A stretch of DNA of 64,000 nucleotides from Kiloniellales bacterium (GTDB lineage: Bacteria > Pseudomonadota > Alphaproteobacteria > Kiloniellales > J153): positions 8,439 to 72,438 of the forward strand of contig DASWJP010000004.1 in the NCBI GenBank assembly GCA_036397065.1. The letters are read 5' to 3'. The notes under the pieces were generated by a model. That model saw only the letters and a program-made list of their open reading frames with translations, was not told the origin of the DNA and made no database searches. A program made the position numbers and the translations under genes. How positions within the stretch are numbered: the first letter of the stretch is position 1; every line of letters starts with the position of its first letter. Shown one piece after another: positions 1 through 9,557 of this stretch.

Positions 1-1
1 C

Positions 2-913
2 AGCCAGGATATCGTCATCGATGCCTACCGCATCGAAATCCTCGAGGAGTCCGAACAAGGGGCCGGGGCGGCCGCCACGCAAACCGGATATCGCCTGGGC
101 GCGTTGCTGGCCGGGGCCGGGGCCATCGCGCTCTCGGATTTCATCGGCTGGTTCGCGGTCTTCGCCATCCTGGCCGGGTTCGTGCTGGTTGGCACGGCGG
201 CCATGCTGATCGCCACCGAGCCATCGGCGGCGGCGAGCCGACCGGCGCTCGACCGCAGCACATGGCTGCAGACCGCCGTCGTGGCGCCGTTCACCGATTT
301 TCTGCGTCGGCCCGGCTGGCTGGCGATTCTTGTATTCATTCTGCTCTATAAGTTCGGCGATGCCATCAGCGGCGTCATGGCCAATCCGTTTTTCGTCGAG
401 ATGGGATTCAGCGGCGTGGAGATCGCCGCGGTCACCAAGGTCTTCGGCGTTCTGGCCACCCTTGGCGGCGTGGTCGTGGGCGGCGTGCTGGTGGCGCGGT
501 TTGGTTTGATCGTTGGGCTGGCGGTTGGCGGCGTCCTGCAGGCGGCGACCAACCTGCTCTATGCGGTGCAGGCGGGCGTCGGCCATGACATCGTTTTGCT
601 CACGGTGGTCATCGGCGCCGACAATTTCACCGGCGGGCTCGGCTCCGCCGCCTTTGTCGCCTATCTGTCCAGCCTGTGCAGCCGGGCCTTCACCGGCACC
701 CAGTTTGCCTTGCTGACATCGCTCATGGCGGCGGGGCGCACGGTGTTCTCCTCGGGCGGCGGCTGGTTGGCCGACAACATGGACTGGGCGGCGTTCTTCA
801 CGCTCACCGCCGCCCTGGCGGTGCCCGGCCTGCTGCTGCTCTGGTGGCTGGCGCGCGCCCGCGCCGCGGCGAACCACGGGATCGCGGGCGATGCCTTGGG
901 TGACCGGCCTTGA
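2..913 (+). CDS. ampG: AmpG-family muropeptide/MFS permease (C-terminal part; 5' end outside window)
   Basis: The frame of the 104..913 ORF is open back to the window edge (SQDIVIDAYRIEILEESEQGAGAAATQTGYRLG...). It continues into multiple hydrophobic TM helices. The overall resemblance is to AmpG/MFS permeases. Confidence 0.7.
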   Translation, partial: SQDIVIDAYRIEILEESEQGAGAAATQTGYRLGALLAGAGAIALSDFIGWFAVFAILAGFVLVGTAAMLIATEPSAAASRPALDRSTWLQTAVVAPFTDFLRRPGWLAILVFILLYKFGDAISGVMANPFFVEMGFSGVEIAAVTKVFGVLATLGGVVVGGVLVARFGLIVGLAVGGVLQAATNLLYAVQAGVGHDIVLLTVVIGADNFTGGLGSAAFVAYLSSLCSRAFTGTQFALLTSLMAAGRTVFSSGGGWLADNMDWAAFFTLTAALAVPGLLLLWWLARARAAANHGIAGDALGDRP

Positions 914-1824
914 GTCTCCTCTTCGAAGTCCTGACCGGAATCACCTTGCCGATCGTCCTGATGATCGGCGGCGGGTTCTTGCTGCAGCGGCATTTGACCT
1001 TGGATGTGGCCACCCTGAACCGGGTCACGGTCTATGGCACCCTGCCGAGCCTGCTGGTGGTCAGCCTGGCCACCGCTCCGCTGCCGGCGAGCGAGATCGA
1101 AGCGGTGATCTTCTTTTCCACCGGCCAGTTCATCGTTCTGCTGGGCATCGGCTGGATCGCCGCCGTGATGTTTCGCGTGCCGGCCGAATTGCGGCCGGTG
1201 CTGGTGCTGGCGGCGCCGTTCGCGAACACGGCCAACTACGGCATTCCCCTGGTCGAGCTGTCGTTGGGTTCGGCGTGGGTGCCGCATCAGGCGATCATCA
1301 CCGCCGTGGCCACGGTTCTCATCTTCGCGCTGGCCCCGCTGATGCTGCAGACCGGCACCATCAACTTGCGGCGCTCGGCGGCGGCGGTGTTGCGCACGCC
1401 GGTGCTGCCGGCGGTGGCGGTCGGCCTGGCCCTCAACATCTTGGACGTGCCCCTGCCCGGGGTGCTGGATTTTACCTTGCGTGTGGTCGGCGCCGCCAAT
1501 ACGCCGGTGGCCCTGATCGCGTTGGGGGCGATGCTGGCAACGGCCAGGCTGTCGACGATGCGGGGCACGGTCGGCCTGGGTATCGGGTTGCGCGTGATCC
1601 TGGCGCCGATGCTGACCTGGCTGGCCCTGGTGATCATCGTCTTGCCGCCGGGCATGGCTGAACTGTTCCTGATCGGCGCGGCCGCACCCATCGGCATTCT
1701 GCTGCCCATCCTGTGCGCCGAGTACGGGCGGGAGCCCGGCGCCGCCTCGGCCATGGTCGTGCTTTCGACGGCGGTCAGCCCGGTCGCGGTGACGGCGATG
1801 GTCTATCTGGCGCGGGCGCTATAA
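910..1824 (+). CDS. AEC (auxin efflux carrier) family transporter
   Basis: 304-aa polytopic membrane protein (MSLLFEVLTGITLPIVLMIGGGFLLQRHL...) with an AEC-like repeated 5+5 TM organisation. The TTG start overlaps the ampG stop (TTGA). Confidence 0.7.
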   Translation: MSLLFEVLTGITLPIVLMIGGGFLLQRHLTLDVATLNRVTVYGTLPSLLVVSLATAPLPASEIEAVIFFSTGQFIVLLGIGWIAAVMFRVPAELRPVLVLAAPFANTANYGIPLVELSLGSAWVPHQAIITAVATVLIFALAPLMLQTGTINLRRSAAAVLRTPVLPAVAVGLALNILDVPLPGVLDFTLRVVGAANTPVALIALGAMLATARLSTMRGTVGLGIGLRVILAPMLTWLALVIIVLPPGMAELFLIGAAAPIGILLPILCAEYGREPGAASAMVVLSTAVSPVAVTAMVYLARAL

Positions 1825-2516
1825 GCCTCGGACGGGCGGTCGAGGGCATAGCCGGCGGCGCGCACGGTGCGGATCAGATCCTGATCGCCCGCCCCGTTCA
1901 AGGCTTTGCGCAGGCGGCGGATGTGCACATCGACGGTGCGCGCTTCCACATAGACATCGCGGCCCCAGACCGCGTCGAGCAATTGCTCGCGGCTGAAGAC
2001 CCGGCCTGGGTTGCGCATCAGATGCTGCAACAGGCGGAACTCCGTGGGGCCGAGATGCACCTCGCGGTCGCTGCGGCGCACCCGGTGCGCCGCCAGATCC
2101 ATGACCAGATCGGCGAAGTCGAGCTGTTCGGCCGCCAGCTCCGGCCGCGCCCGGCGCAAGAGTGCCCGAACGCGGGCGATCAGTTCCACCGGCGAGAACG
2201 GCTTGGTGATGTAATCGTCGGCACCGCAATCGAAGCCGCGCACCTTATCGTTTTCCTCGCCGCGGGCGGTCAGCATGATGATCGGAACGGTGGCCGTGTC
2301 CGACAGCCGACGCAGGCGCCGGCACACCTCGATGCCGGAGAGCAAGGGCAGCATCCAATCGAGCAGGATCAGATCCGGGCGATCCTCGGCGGCGCGCAGC
2401 AGCGCCTCCTCGCCGTCGCTCGCCTCACTGATAGTGAAGCCTTCGCGCTCCAGGTTATAACGCAGCAGGGTGACCAGCGGCCCCTCGTCCTCGACGATCA
2501 GAATGCGCGGGGTCAT
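1803..2516 (-). CDS. phoB: phosphate regulon response regulator PhoB (OmpR family)
   Basis: Receiver domain (RILIVEDEGPLVTLLRYNLEREGF, ...DLILLDWMLP...) plus winged-helix C-terminus (RTVDVHIRRLRKAL). It lies in the pst-phoU context, and its ATGA start overlaps the phoU stop. Confidence 0.93.
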   Translation of the reverse strand: MTPRILIVEDEGPLVTLLRYNLEREGFTISEASDGEEALLRAAEDRPDLILLDWMLPLLSGIEVCRRLRRLSDTATVPIIMLTARGEENDKVRGFDCGADDYITKPFSPVELIARVRALLRRARPELAAEQLDFADLVMDLAAHRVRRSDREVHLGPTEFRLLQHLMRNPGRVFSREQLLDAVWGRDVYVEARTVDVHIRRLRKALNGAGDQDLIRTVRAAGYALDRPSEAYSARAR

Positions 2517-3259
2517 GATTTGTCAGGCTTTTCGAGGACGACAGCCGTCGGCGGCGGCGCGATGACCTGGAAGCTGGTGGTATCGCCCTTCGGGCGGCCA
2601 CCAACCATGCGCTGGCCGGTGACCAGATAGTAGATAGTCTCGGCCACGTTCGTTGCATGATCGCCGATCCGCTCGATGTTCTTGGCGATGAACAGAAGGT
2701 GCGTGCTCGGCGTTATATTGCGCGGGTCTTCCATCATGTAGGTCAGCAATTCGCGGAACAGGCCGGTGTACATCTCGTCCACTTCGGCATCGCGATGCCA
2801 GACGTCGATGGCCCGCTCCGCGTCGCGCGAGGCATAGGCATCGAGCGTGTCCTTGATGATGTTTTGCGTCAATTGGGCCATGCGGGGTATGCCGCCGGCC
2901 GGCGGGATCGGCGGGATCTGATTGAGCGCCATCACCCGTTTCGCCACGTTGGCGGCGTAGTCGCCGATCCGCTCCAGATCGCTGGAGATTTTCAAAGACG
3001 AGATGACCTCGCGCAAATCGGTGGCCATGGGCTGGCGCAAGGCGAGAAGGCGCACGGCGCGATCATCGAGCTCCTCTTCGAGTGCATCGATGGCCGCATC
3101 GCCGCGCACCACGCGCTCTGCCAAGTCGGTATCGCGACGCTGCAGCGCCTGGACCGCGGTGGCGAGCTGGGTTTCCGCCAAACCGCCCATGCGGGTGACA
3201 ACCTGGCTCAACGCCTTGAGTTCATCGTCGAACGAGCGGACTATATGCTGCGGTGTCAT
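2513..3259 (-). CDS. phoU: phosphate signalling complex protein PhoU
   Basis: Two PhoU repeats (ERIGDYAANVAKR and ERIGDHATNVAE). It sits between pstB and phoB. Confidence 0.93.
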   Translation of the reverse strand: MTPQHIVRSFDDELKALSQVVTRMGGLAETQLATAVQALQRRDTDLAERVVRGDAAIDALEEELDDRAVRLLALRQPMATDLREVISSLKISSDLERIGDYAANVAKRVMALNQIPPIPPAGGIPRMAQLTQNIIKDTLDAYASRDAERAIDVWHRDAEVDEMYTGLFRELLTYMMEDPRNITPSTHLLFIAKNIERIGDHATNVAETIYYLVTGQRMVGGRPKGDTTSFQVIAPPPTAVVLEKPDKS

Positions 3260-3282
3260 ATGCCTATTCCTGCCCCTGATCG

Positions 3283-4086
3283 TCAGCCGAAGCGGCCGGT
3301 TATGTAACCGAGCGTGCGTTCGTCGCTCGGGTTCGTGAACACCTTCTCGGTGGCGCCGCGCTCGACCAGCTCGCCCAGATGGAAGAAGGCGGTGTATTGC
3401 GACACCCGCGCCGCCTGCTGCATGGAATGGGTGACGATGACGATGGTGAAATTTTCACGCAGCTCGTCGATCAATTCCTCGATGCGCGCCGTGGCGATGG
3501 GATCGAGCGCCGAGCACGGCTCGTCCATCAGAATGACCTCCGGATCGACGGCGATCGCCCGGGCGATGCACAAGCGCTGCTGCTGCCCGCCGGACAGGCC
3601 GGTGCCCGGTTTGTCCAGCCGGTCGCGCACCTCCTCCCACAGGCCGGCGCGGTGCAAGCTGCGTTCGACGATCTCGTCCAGGGCGGCCTTGGTTTCCGCA
3701 TGGCCATGGATGCGCGGGCCGTAGGCGACGTTTTCGTAGATCGATTTCGGAAACGGATTCGGCTTCTGAAAGACCATGCCGACGCGGGCGCGCAACTGAC
3801 CTACGTCCAGATCACTGCCGTAAATATCCTCCCCGTCCACGGTGATTGTGCCGGTGACTCGGCAGCCTTCGATCACATCGTTCATGCGGTTGAGGCACCG
3901 AAGAAAAGTCGATTTGCCGCAACCCGACGGACCAATCAGCGCGGTCACCTGATTTTCGCCGATATCCAAATTGACCGATTTGAGCGCGTGGCTGTCGCCA
4001 TAATAGACGTTCGTATCCGCCACGTGAATCTTGGTCCGCGTTTCCGTGGATGCTTGCGGCGTTGGCATTTTTACGATCGCGGCCAA
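3283..4086 (-). CDS. pstB: phosphate ABC transporter ATP-binding protein PstB
   Basis: Walker [13 protein letters not shown] signature LSGGQQQRL and Walker B ILMDEP. The overall sequence is PstB-like. Confidence 0.95.
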   Translation of the reverse strand: MAAIVKMPTPQASTETRTKIHVADTNVYYGDSHALKSVNLDIGENQVTALIGPSGCGKSTFLRCLNRMNDVIEGCRVTGTITVDGEDIYGSDLDVGQLRARVGMVFQKPNPFPKSIYENVAYGPRIHGHAETKAALDEIVERSLHRAGLWEEVRDRLDKPGTGLSGGQQQRLCIARAIAVDPEVILMDEPCSALDPIATARIEELIDELRENFTIVIVTHSMQQAARVSQYTAFFHLGELVERGATEKVFTNPSDERTLGYITGRFG

Positions 4087-4095
4087 GATCTCCTC

Positions 4096-5391
4096 CTACC
4101 AGCGGCGGGTGAATCGCGCGCGCAGAAACACCGCGAGAGCATTGATTGTCACCAGGAACCCGAGCAGCACGAGGATGCCCGCCGAGGTGCGGGAAACGAA
4201 CCCGCGTTCCGGGCTGTCCGCCCAAATGAAAATCTGCGTCGGCAGGGCGGTGGACGGATCGAAGATGCCTCCCGGCAGCGCGGTGATGAAGGCGTTCATG
4301 CCGATCAGCAGCAGCGGCGCGGTCTCGCCGAGCGCCTGGGCCATGCCGATGATCGTGCCGGTCAAAATTCCAGGCATGGCCACGGGCAGAACGTGATGCC
4401 TCATCGCCTCGAAGCGCGACGCGCCGACCCCCAACGCCGCCTCGCGCAGCGACGGCGGCACCGACTTCAAGGCCACGCGCGCGGCGATGATGATGGTTGG
4501 CAGAGTCATGAGCGCGAGAACCATGCCGCCGACCAGCGGGGCCGAGCGCGGCAAGCCGAAGAAATTGAGGAAAACCGCCAGGCCAAGCAGCCCGAAGACG
4601 ATCGAGGGCACGGCGGCCAGATTGTTGATGTTGACCTCGATGATGTCGGTCCAGCGGTTCTTCGGCGCGAACTCCTCGAGATAGATCGCGGCGGCGATCC
4701 CGATGGGAAAGCTGAGCAAGAAACAAACGAGCAGGGCATAGGCCGAACCGGTCAGCGCGCCGGCCAACCCGGCGAGCTCGGGAAACCGGCTGTCGGCGTT
4801 GACGAACAAGCCCCAGTTGAAGGGCGCGGATATCCTGTTCTCGGCGCGCAGCTTGTCGTACCAGGCGATCTGTTCGTCGTTAACGCGGCGCAGCTCCTCC
4901 GGTGTGTCCCGGTCGATCCCGCCTTTGTGAAATTGGTCGATGGGATCGGTGACCGGCAGGCGCAGGGAGAATGTCCGGCCAATCAACTCGGGGTTTGTCA
5001 CGACCTCGTCGCGGACGATGAATTGCGCGCCGGAGCTGACCATATCGAACAGCTTGCGTTGCTCGGATGTGCCGGTGACCTCCGGAAACAGGCCGGCCAA
5101 GGCGTCGCGCACGATCGCCCGGTAATTACCCTTGGCGGGATCGTCCGGCGATACCTGTTCCGGCGTAACGGTCAGCTCCAGCCGCAGATGCGTCTGCACG
5201 AAAGCCGACGCGCCTGTCGTGATCAGGGATACGAACAGGGTCGCGAGAAGCCCCAGCGCCACGAGGATGGCACCGATTCCATAGAGCCGCAGCCGACGGT
5301 CTGCGGCGCGCCGGCGGCGCAGCCGCTTCCGGTAAGCCTCGGTTCGCCGCCAGGCCATCGGCGCCGGCGTATGTTGGACCGTATCACTCAT
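4096..5391 (-). CDS. pstA: phosphate ABC transporter permease PstA
   Basis: Polytopic permease with an EAA-type loop (REAALGVGASRFEAMRHHVLP). It lies between pstC and pstB and overlaps the pstC stop by 8 nt. Confidence 0.9.
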   Translation of the reverse strand: MSDTVQHTPAPMAWRRTEAYRKRLRRRRAADRRLRLYGIGAILVALGLLATLFVSLITTGASAFVQTHLRLELTVTPEQVSPDDPAKGNYRAIVRDALAGLFPEVTGTSEQRKLFDMVSSGAQFIVRDEVVTNPELIGRTFSLRLPVTDPIDQFHKGGIDRDTPEELRRVNDEQIAWYDKLRAENRISAPFNWGLFVNADSRFPELAGLAGALTGSAYALLVCFLLSFPIGIAAAIYLEEFAPKNRWTDIIEVNINNLAAVPSIVFGLLGLAVFLNFFGLPRSAPLVGGMVLALMTLPTIIIAARVALKSVPPSLREAALGVGASRFEAMRHHVLPVAMPGILTGTIIGMAQALGETAPLLLIGMNAFITALPGGIFDPSTALPTQIFIWADSPERGFVSRTSAGILVLLGFLVTINALAVFLRARFTRRW

Positions 5392-6763
5392 ACTGTTCCC
5401 GGTATTTCCTGACGATATGCAAGGCCAGAACGTTGAGCGCCAGCGTCGCGAAGAAAAGAACCAGGCCGAGTGCGAAGGCGGCCAGGGTCTTGGGACTGTC
5501 GAATTCGGTGTCGCCGATGAGCAGCGTGACGATCTGCACGGTGACCGTGGTCACCCCTTCCAGGGGGTTGGCGGTCAGGGTCGCGATCAAACCGGCCGCC
5601 ATCACGACGATCATGGTTTCGCCGATGGCGCGGCTAACGGCGAGCAGCAGGCCGCCGACGATTCCGGGCAGGGCCGCCGGGATCAAGACCGATTTGATCG
5701 TCTCGGCCTGCGTAGCGCCGAGCGCGTACGAGCCGTCGCGCATGGCCTGCGGCACCGCGTTCAAGGCGTCGTCGGAAAACGACGAGACGAACGGGATGAT
5801 CATGATGCCCATGACCGCGCCGGCGGCCAGGGCGCTGTTCGGCGCCACCGCAATGCCGATGGTCTCCCCGAACTGGCGCAGGGCTGGCGCGACGGTCAGC
5901 ACGGCGAAGAAGCCGTAGACCACGGTCGGGATCCCGGCGAGAATTTCCAGCAGCGGCTTGACGACCGCATGGACACGCGCATCCGCGTACTCAGCCAGGT
6001 ATATGGCCGAGAGCAATCCGACCGGGGCGGCCACCGCCATGGCGATGAAGGCGATCAACAGTGTCCCGGCAAAGACCGGAATGGCGCCGAAAGCGCCCGC
6101 GCCGGCGATCTGATCGGCGCGTATGGCGATTTGCGGCTCCCAGCTCAGGCCGAAGAAAAAATCGTGCCAGGGCACGAGGCGGAAGAAATGACTCGCCTCG
6201 AACAGCAGCGACAGCACGATGCCGGCGGTGGTGACGATGGCCACCACCGAGGAGAAGATCAGCAGGCCGGTGACGATCCTTTCGACTCTGTTGCGCGCCC
6301 GGAAGCGTGCCGAGATGGGCCCGCGGGCGGCGAGCAAGGCAATTATCGCGAGCGCCGCCGCGCTGGCCACCATGCTCCACTGAGCGATTTGGCCCCAGCG
6401 GCCGTAACGTTCGGCGGCGGCCAAGATCTCGGGACCCGGCGTGTCAAAAATCTGCCCGCGTGAAACGCTCTTGATCTCGCTCAAAATCAGATCGATGTGG
6501 CCCGCGTCCGCATCGGCGACGATGCTCGCGGGCAGGCTTTGTATGAGAAGGGCGTCGATGACGGGTCCCTGCAGGCTCAGCCAGACCAGGACCAGGAGCA
6601 AGGACGGCAGGCCGGCCCACAACGCCACGTAGGCCCCGTGATACGCCGGCAGGGAGTGCAGGGACCGCAGACGGCCGCTGGCAACCGACACCGCCCGGAC
6701 CCGGCCGAACCAGTAGCCGGCGGCCGCGAGGGCCAGGAGTCCCAAGAGAATGGTCAGGAACAT
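5384..6763 (-). CDS. pstC: phosphate ABC transporter permease PstC
   Basis: Polytopic permease with an ABC-permease loop (MRDGSYALGATQAETIKSVLIPAALPG). It is positioned downstream of pstS. Confidence 0.9.
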   Translation of the reverse strand: MFLTILLGLLALAAAGYWFGRVRAVSVASGRLRSLHSLPAYHGAYVALWAGLPSLLLVLVWLSLQGPVIDALLIQSLPASIVADADAGHIDLILSEIKSVSRGQIFDTPGPEILAAAERYGRWGQIAQWSMVASAAALAIIALLAARGPISARFRARNRVERIVTGLLIFSSVVAIVTTAGIVLSLLFEASHFFRLVPWHDFFFGLSWEPQIAIRADQIAGAGAFGAIPVFAGTLLIAFIAMAVAAPVGLLSAIYLAEYADARVHAVVKPLLEILAGIPTVVYGFFAVLTVAPALRQFGETIGIAVAPNSALAAGAVMGIMIIPFVSSFSDDALNAVPQAMRDGSYALGATQAETIKSVLIPAALPGIVGGLLLAVSRAIGETMIVVMAAGLIATLTANPLEGVTTVTVQIVTLLIGDTEFDSPKTLAAFALGLVLFFATLALNVLALHIVRKYREQYE

Positions 6764-6832
6764 GATGCCGTTTCTTTTCCCGGAACCGTTGAAGCGAAAC
6801 GACGTGAAAGCATGTCCGCGCCGTTAAATCGG

Positions 6833-6860
6833 CCGCAGCCGGCGGCGCGGCCGGCTGCGG
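6833..6860 (-). promoter_or_regulatory. perfect 10-bp GC hairpin in the pstS-pstC spacer (possible intra-operon attenuator/mRNA stabiliser)
   Basis: CCGCAGCCGG (6833-6842) and CCGGCTGCGG (6851-6860) are exact reverse complements separated by an 8-nt loop. There is no clear U-run. Confidence 0.45.
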
Positions 6861-6918
6861 TAGCGTCTTCTTGCCTTCGGTATCGTGTCGTCTTGCTCTC
6901 TATGACAATCCCCGTGGC

Positions 6919-7974
6919 CTACATGGTCAGCGAGACGCCCTTGACGACGGCGTTCTGAACGTCGCCGCGGTGCTTATCTGCAAGCGGCACCAAACCGCGC
7001 TCGCTGAGGTAGCCGCCCGGGCCCATGGCGGTGTTGCTCATGTACTCCGCGATGAAGTCGTTCAGGCCGGGGATAACATTGCGGTGCGCGTTCTTGATGT
7101 AGATGAACAGCGGCCGGGAAATCCCGTAGCTGCTGTCCGCAATGGTGTTGAAATTGGGCTCGACGCCGTTAACGGTGACGGCCTGCAGCTTGTCCTCGTT
7201 CTCGTAGAGGAACGAATAGCCGAAAATGCCATAGGCGCTCGGATCGGCTTCCAGGCGCTGAACGATCAGATTGTCGTTCTCACCGGCCTCGATGAACAGG
7301 CCGTCCTGACGCATCCGGCTGCAGACTTCCTTGTGCCGGTCCTTGTCAAGGCTTCCAACCTCCGAGAATTCCTCGCAGCCCTCCTCCATTGCCAGCTCGA
7401 CAAAGGCGTCGCGAGTGCCGGATGTCGGAGGCGGTCCGAAGACTTGGATCTTGAGGTCTGGGAGACTCGGGTCGATGTCGCTCCACTTCTGGTGCGGGTT
7501 GGCGACGATCTTGCCGCCGACCGGCACCTCGGCCGCCAAGGCTTGGTAGATTTGCGCTTTGGTCAGGTTGAGCTTGGCACCCTTTCTGGAGACCGCGATG
7601 GACAAGCCATCGTAGCCGAGCAGCGCTTCGGAGATGTCCTTGGCACCGTTCGACTGGCACAACTCGTATTCGGACTTTTTCATGGCCCGGGAGGCGCCGG
7701 TCATGTCGGGGTGGCCTTCGCCGATGCCCTGGCAGAAGATCTTCATGCCGCCGCCGGTGCCGGTCGATTCGACCACCGGAGACGGGCGACCGGTCTTGTT
7801 GGCGAACTCTTCGGCCACGGCTTGCGTGTACGGAAAGACTGTCGACGAGCCGACGATACGGATCTGGTCGCGCGCTTGCGCCGGAACCGCGGCGGCCATG
7901 GCAACGCCGGCGATCACGGCACCGGCGAGTATCACAGGGGTGAGAAGTTGTTTGATCACAGGTCGTACCTCCAT
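6919..7974 (-). CDS. pstS: phosphate ABC transporter substrate-binding protein (PstS family)
   Basis: Signal peptide (MEVRPVIKQLLTPVILAGAVIAGVAMAAAVPAQA) followed by a PBP-like domain (IRIVGSSTVFPYTQAVAEEF..., GTGGGMK). The ATG at 7974 is preferred; the ORF track extends to a TTG at 8010. A Pho box lies upstream. Confidence 0.88.
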   Translation of the reverse strand: MEVRPVIKQLLTPVILAGAVIAGVAMAAAVPAQARDQIRIVGSSTVFPYTQAVAEEFANKTGRPSPVVESTGTGGGMKIFCQGIGEGHPDMTGASRAMKKSEYELCQSNGAKDISEALLGYDGLSIAVSRKGAKLNLTKAQIYQALAAEVPVGGKIVANPHQKWSDIDPSLPDLKIQVFGPPPTSGTRDAFVELAMEEGCEEFSEVGSLDKDRHKEVCSRMRQDGLFIEAGENDNLIVQRLEADPSAYGIFGYSFLYENEDKLQAVTVNGVEPNFNTIADSSYGISRPLFIYIKNAHRNVIPGLNDFIAEYMSNTAMGPGGYLSERGLVPLADKHRGDVQNAVVKGVSLTM

Positions 7975-8085
7975 TCGAGGTCCAGGGGGGGTCTCACGCG
8001 CGGCCACCAAAACCGCTGCGCGCGCCGGCTACCAACCGACTGGCGCCACTCTATGCAAGCACAGGGATACAATTACTACGGATAA

Positions 8086-8103
8086 GTGACAGTTTTATGA
8101 CAG
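8086..8103 (-). promoter_or_regulatory. Pho box (PhoB-binding site) of the pstS promoter
   Basis: The minus strand reads CTGTCAT-AAAA-CTGTCAC, matching the E. coli consensus CTGTCAT-A(A/T)A(T/A)-CTGT(C/A)A(C/T). An extra CTGTCGC repeat abuts it at 8104-8110. A TAGTAAT -10-like element lies about 8 nt downstream on the minus strand. Confidence 0.85.
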
Positions 8104-8138
8104 GCGACAGGGGCGAATTATCGTATTAATACAATACG

Positions 8139-9557
8139 TTAAATACTATCTGGCGGGTCGTCGTGCTTGCCTTCGGCCAGCGGCAGGATGACGGTGAAAA
8201 TGGATCCTTCGCCCACGGTGCTGTCGATGTCGAGCAGGCCGCGGTGCCGGTTGAGGATATGTTTGACAATGGCCAGACCAAGGCCGGTTCCGCCGAGCTT
8301 GTGCGAGCGGGCGGCATCGACCCGATAAAAGCGTTCGGTCAGGCGCGACAGGTGCTCACGGGCAATGCCCTCTCCGCGATCGGCGATAGAGAGCGCCACC
8401 CCCGGACGGCCTAGCCGCCGAGCCAAGGCGCTGCCCGCATCCGCCCGCCGGGCGGAAATGCGAATTTCGCTGCCGGCGTGGCCGTACTTGAGAGCATTAT
8501 CGATAAGGTTCTGGAAAACCTGAGCCAAATCGTCCATCTCGCCGGCGACCGGCGGCAGGTCCGGCAGGTCAAAGACGAAGGTTATTTGCTTCTCGTGGGC
8601 TTGCGGCTCGAGGGTGCGCGCGACGCTGTGCAGCAGGGCGCCCAAATCGACCTTGCCGCGCGGCGGCGTGTGTTCCTGCAATTCGATGCGCGAGAGGGAG
8701 AGCAGGTCCTTGACCAGCCGCGACATCCGCTCGGCCTGTTCGCGCATGACCCCGAGGAAACGGTCGCGCGCGTCCGTATCATCCCGCGCCGCACCCTGCA
8801 GGGTTTCGATGAACCCCAGAAGGCTGGTCAGCGGCGTGCGCAGCTCATGGCTGGCATTGGCGATGAAATCGGCGCGCATCTGCTCGACCCGTTTCATGGC
8901 GGTCACATCGTGCAGGGCGAGCACCGCCACCGTGCCGTCGGGCACGGGCGCCGGCAGGCGCGCCAAGCGGGCGCTGTAGTGACGGCTCACCGGGCCCGGC
9001 ACGGTGAAGTCGACGACCCGGCCGGCCTCGCCGCGCAGCACCGCATCGACGGCGGTCAGCAGGGCCGGGTTGCGCACCACCGACGGCAAATTGCGCCCGG
9101 TCAAGTCCCCGTCGAAGGCGTCCGCCGCCGCCGGGTTGGCGCGTACGATGCGGCCGTCATCGCTCAACAACAACAAGGGATCCGGCAAGGCGGTCAAGAT
9201 GGCTTCGCCGCCGGCCACTGTTTCCTGCAAATCGCGCCGCTGCCGGCGCCGTTCCCGCGCCATCTCCGCCACCGCCGCATCGAGGCCGGGACACAAGGGT
9301 GTGCGCTGCTCCCGCGCCGACGGCAGCGGCGCATCGATGTCGCCGCCGAAGGCCTCGATGGCCTGGCGCAACACGGCGACCCGGCGCAGATGCCAGCGCA
9401 GGAGAAGTGCGGCCGGGAGTGAAACCGCCAGAACGGCGGCTGCTATCACCGGCCAGGACAGCATTCCGGCCACGGCCAATATCGCCAACACTACCAGCGC
9501 CGGCCCCACCACCAGCGCGAAGGCGAATGCGGCTTCCCCCGGCGCGGTAGTGCGCAT
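8139..9557 (-). CDS. phoR: phosphate regulon sensor histidine kinase PhoR
   Basis: N-terminal TM segments, a PAS-like region, the H-box FIANASHELRTPLTSL, and ATP-binding boxes (NLIDNALKY, GGTGLGLAIVKHI). Confidence 0.9.
   Translation of the reverse strand: MRTTAPGEAAFAFALVVGPALVVLAILAVAGMLSWPVIAAAVLAVSLPAALLLRWHLRRVAVLRQAIEAFGGDIDAPLPSAREQRTPLCPGLDAAVAEMARERRRQRRDLQETVAGGEAILTALPDPLLLLSDDGRIVRANPAAADAFDGDLTGRNLPSVVRNPALLTAVDAVLRGEAGRVVDFTVPGPVSRHYSARLARLPAPVPDGTVAVLALHDVTAMKRVEQMRADFIANASHELRTPLTSLLGFIETLQGAARDDTDARDRFLGVMREQAERMSRLVKDLLSLSRIELQEHTPPRGKVDLGALLHSVARTLEPQAHEKQITFVFDLPDLPPVAGEMDDLAQVFQNLIDNALKYGHAGSEIRISARRADAGSALARRLGRPGVALSIADRGEGIAREHLSRLTERFYRVDAARSHKLGGTGLGLAIVKHILNRHRGLLDIDSTVGEGSIFTVILPLAEGKHDDPPDSI

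Noticed and set aside
3379-5412. 677-aa ORF on the + strand
   Set aside because: It is entirely antisense to pstB/pstA, which have unambiguous motifs. The translation is Arg/Gly/Asp/His-rich low-complexity sequence with no recognisable domain. Long open antisense frames are expected at this GC content.
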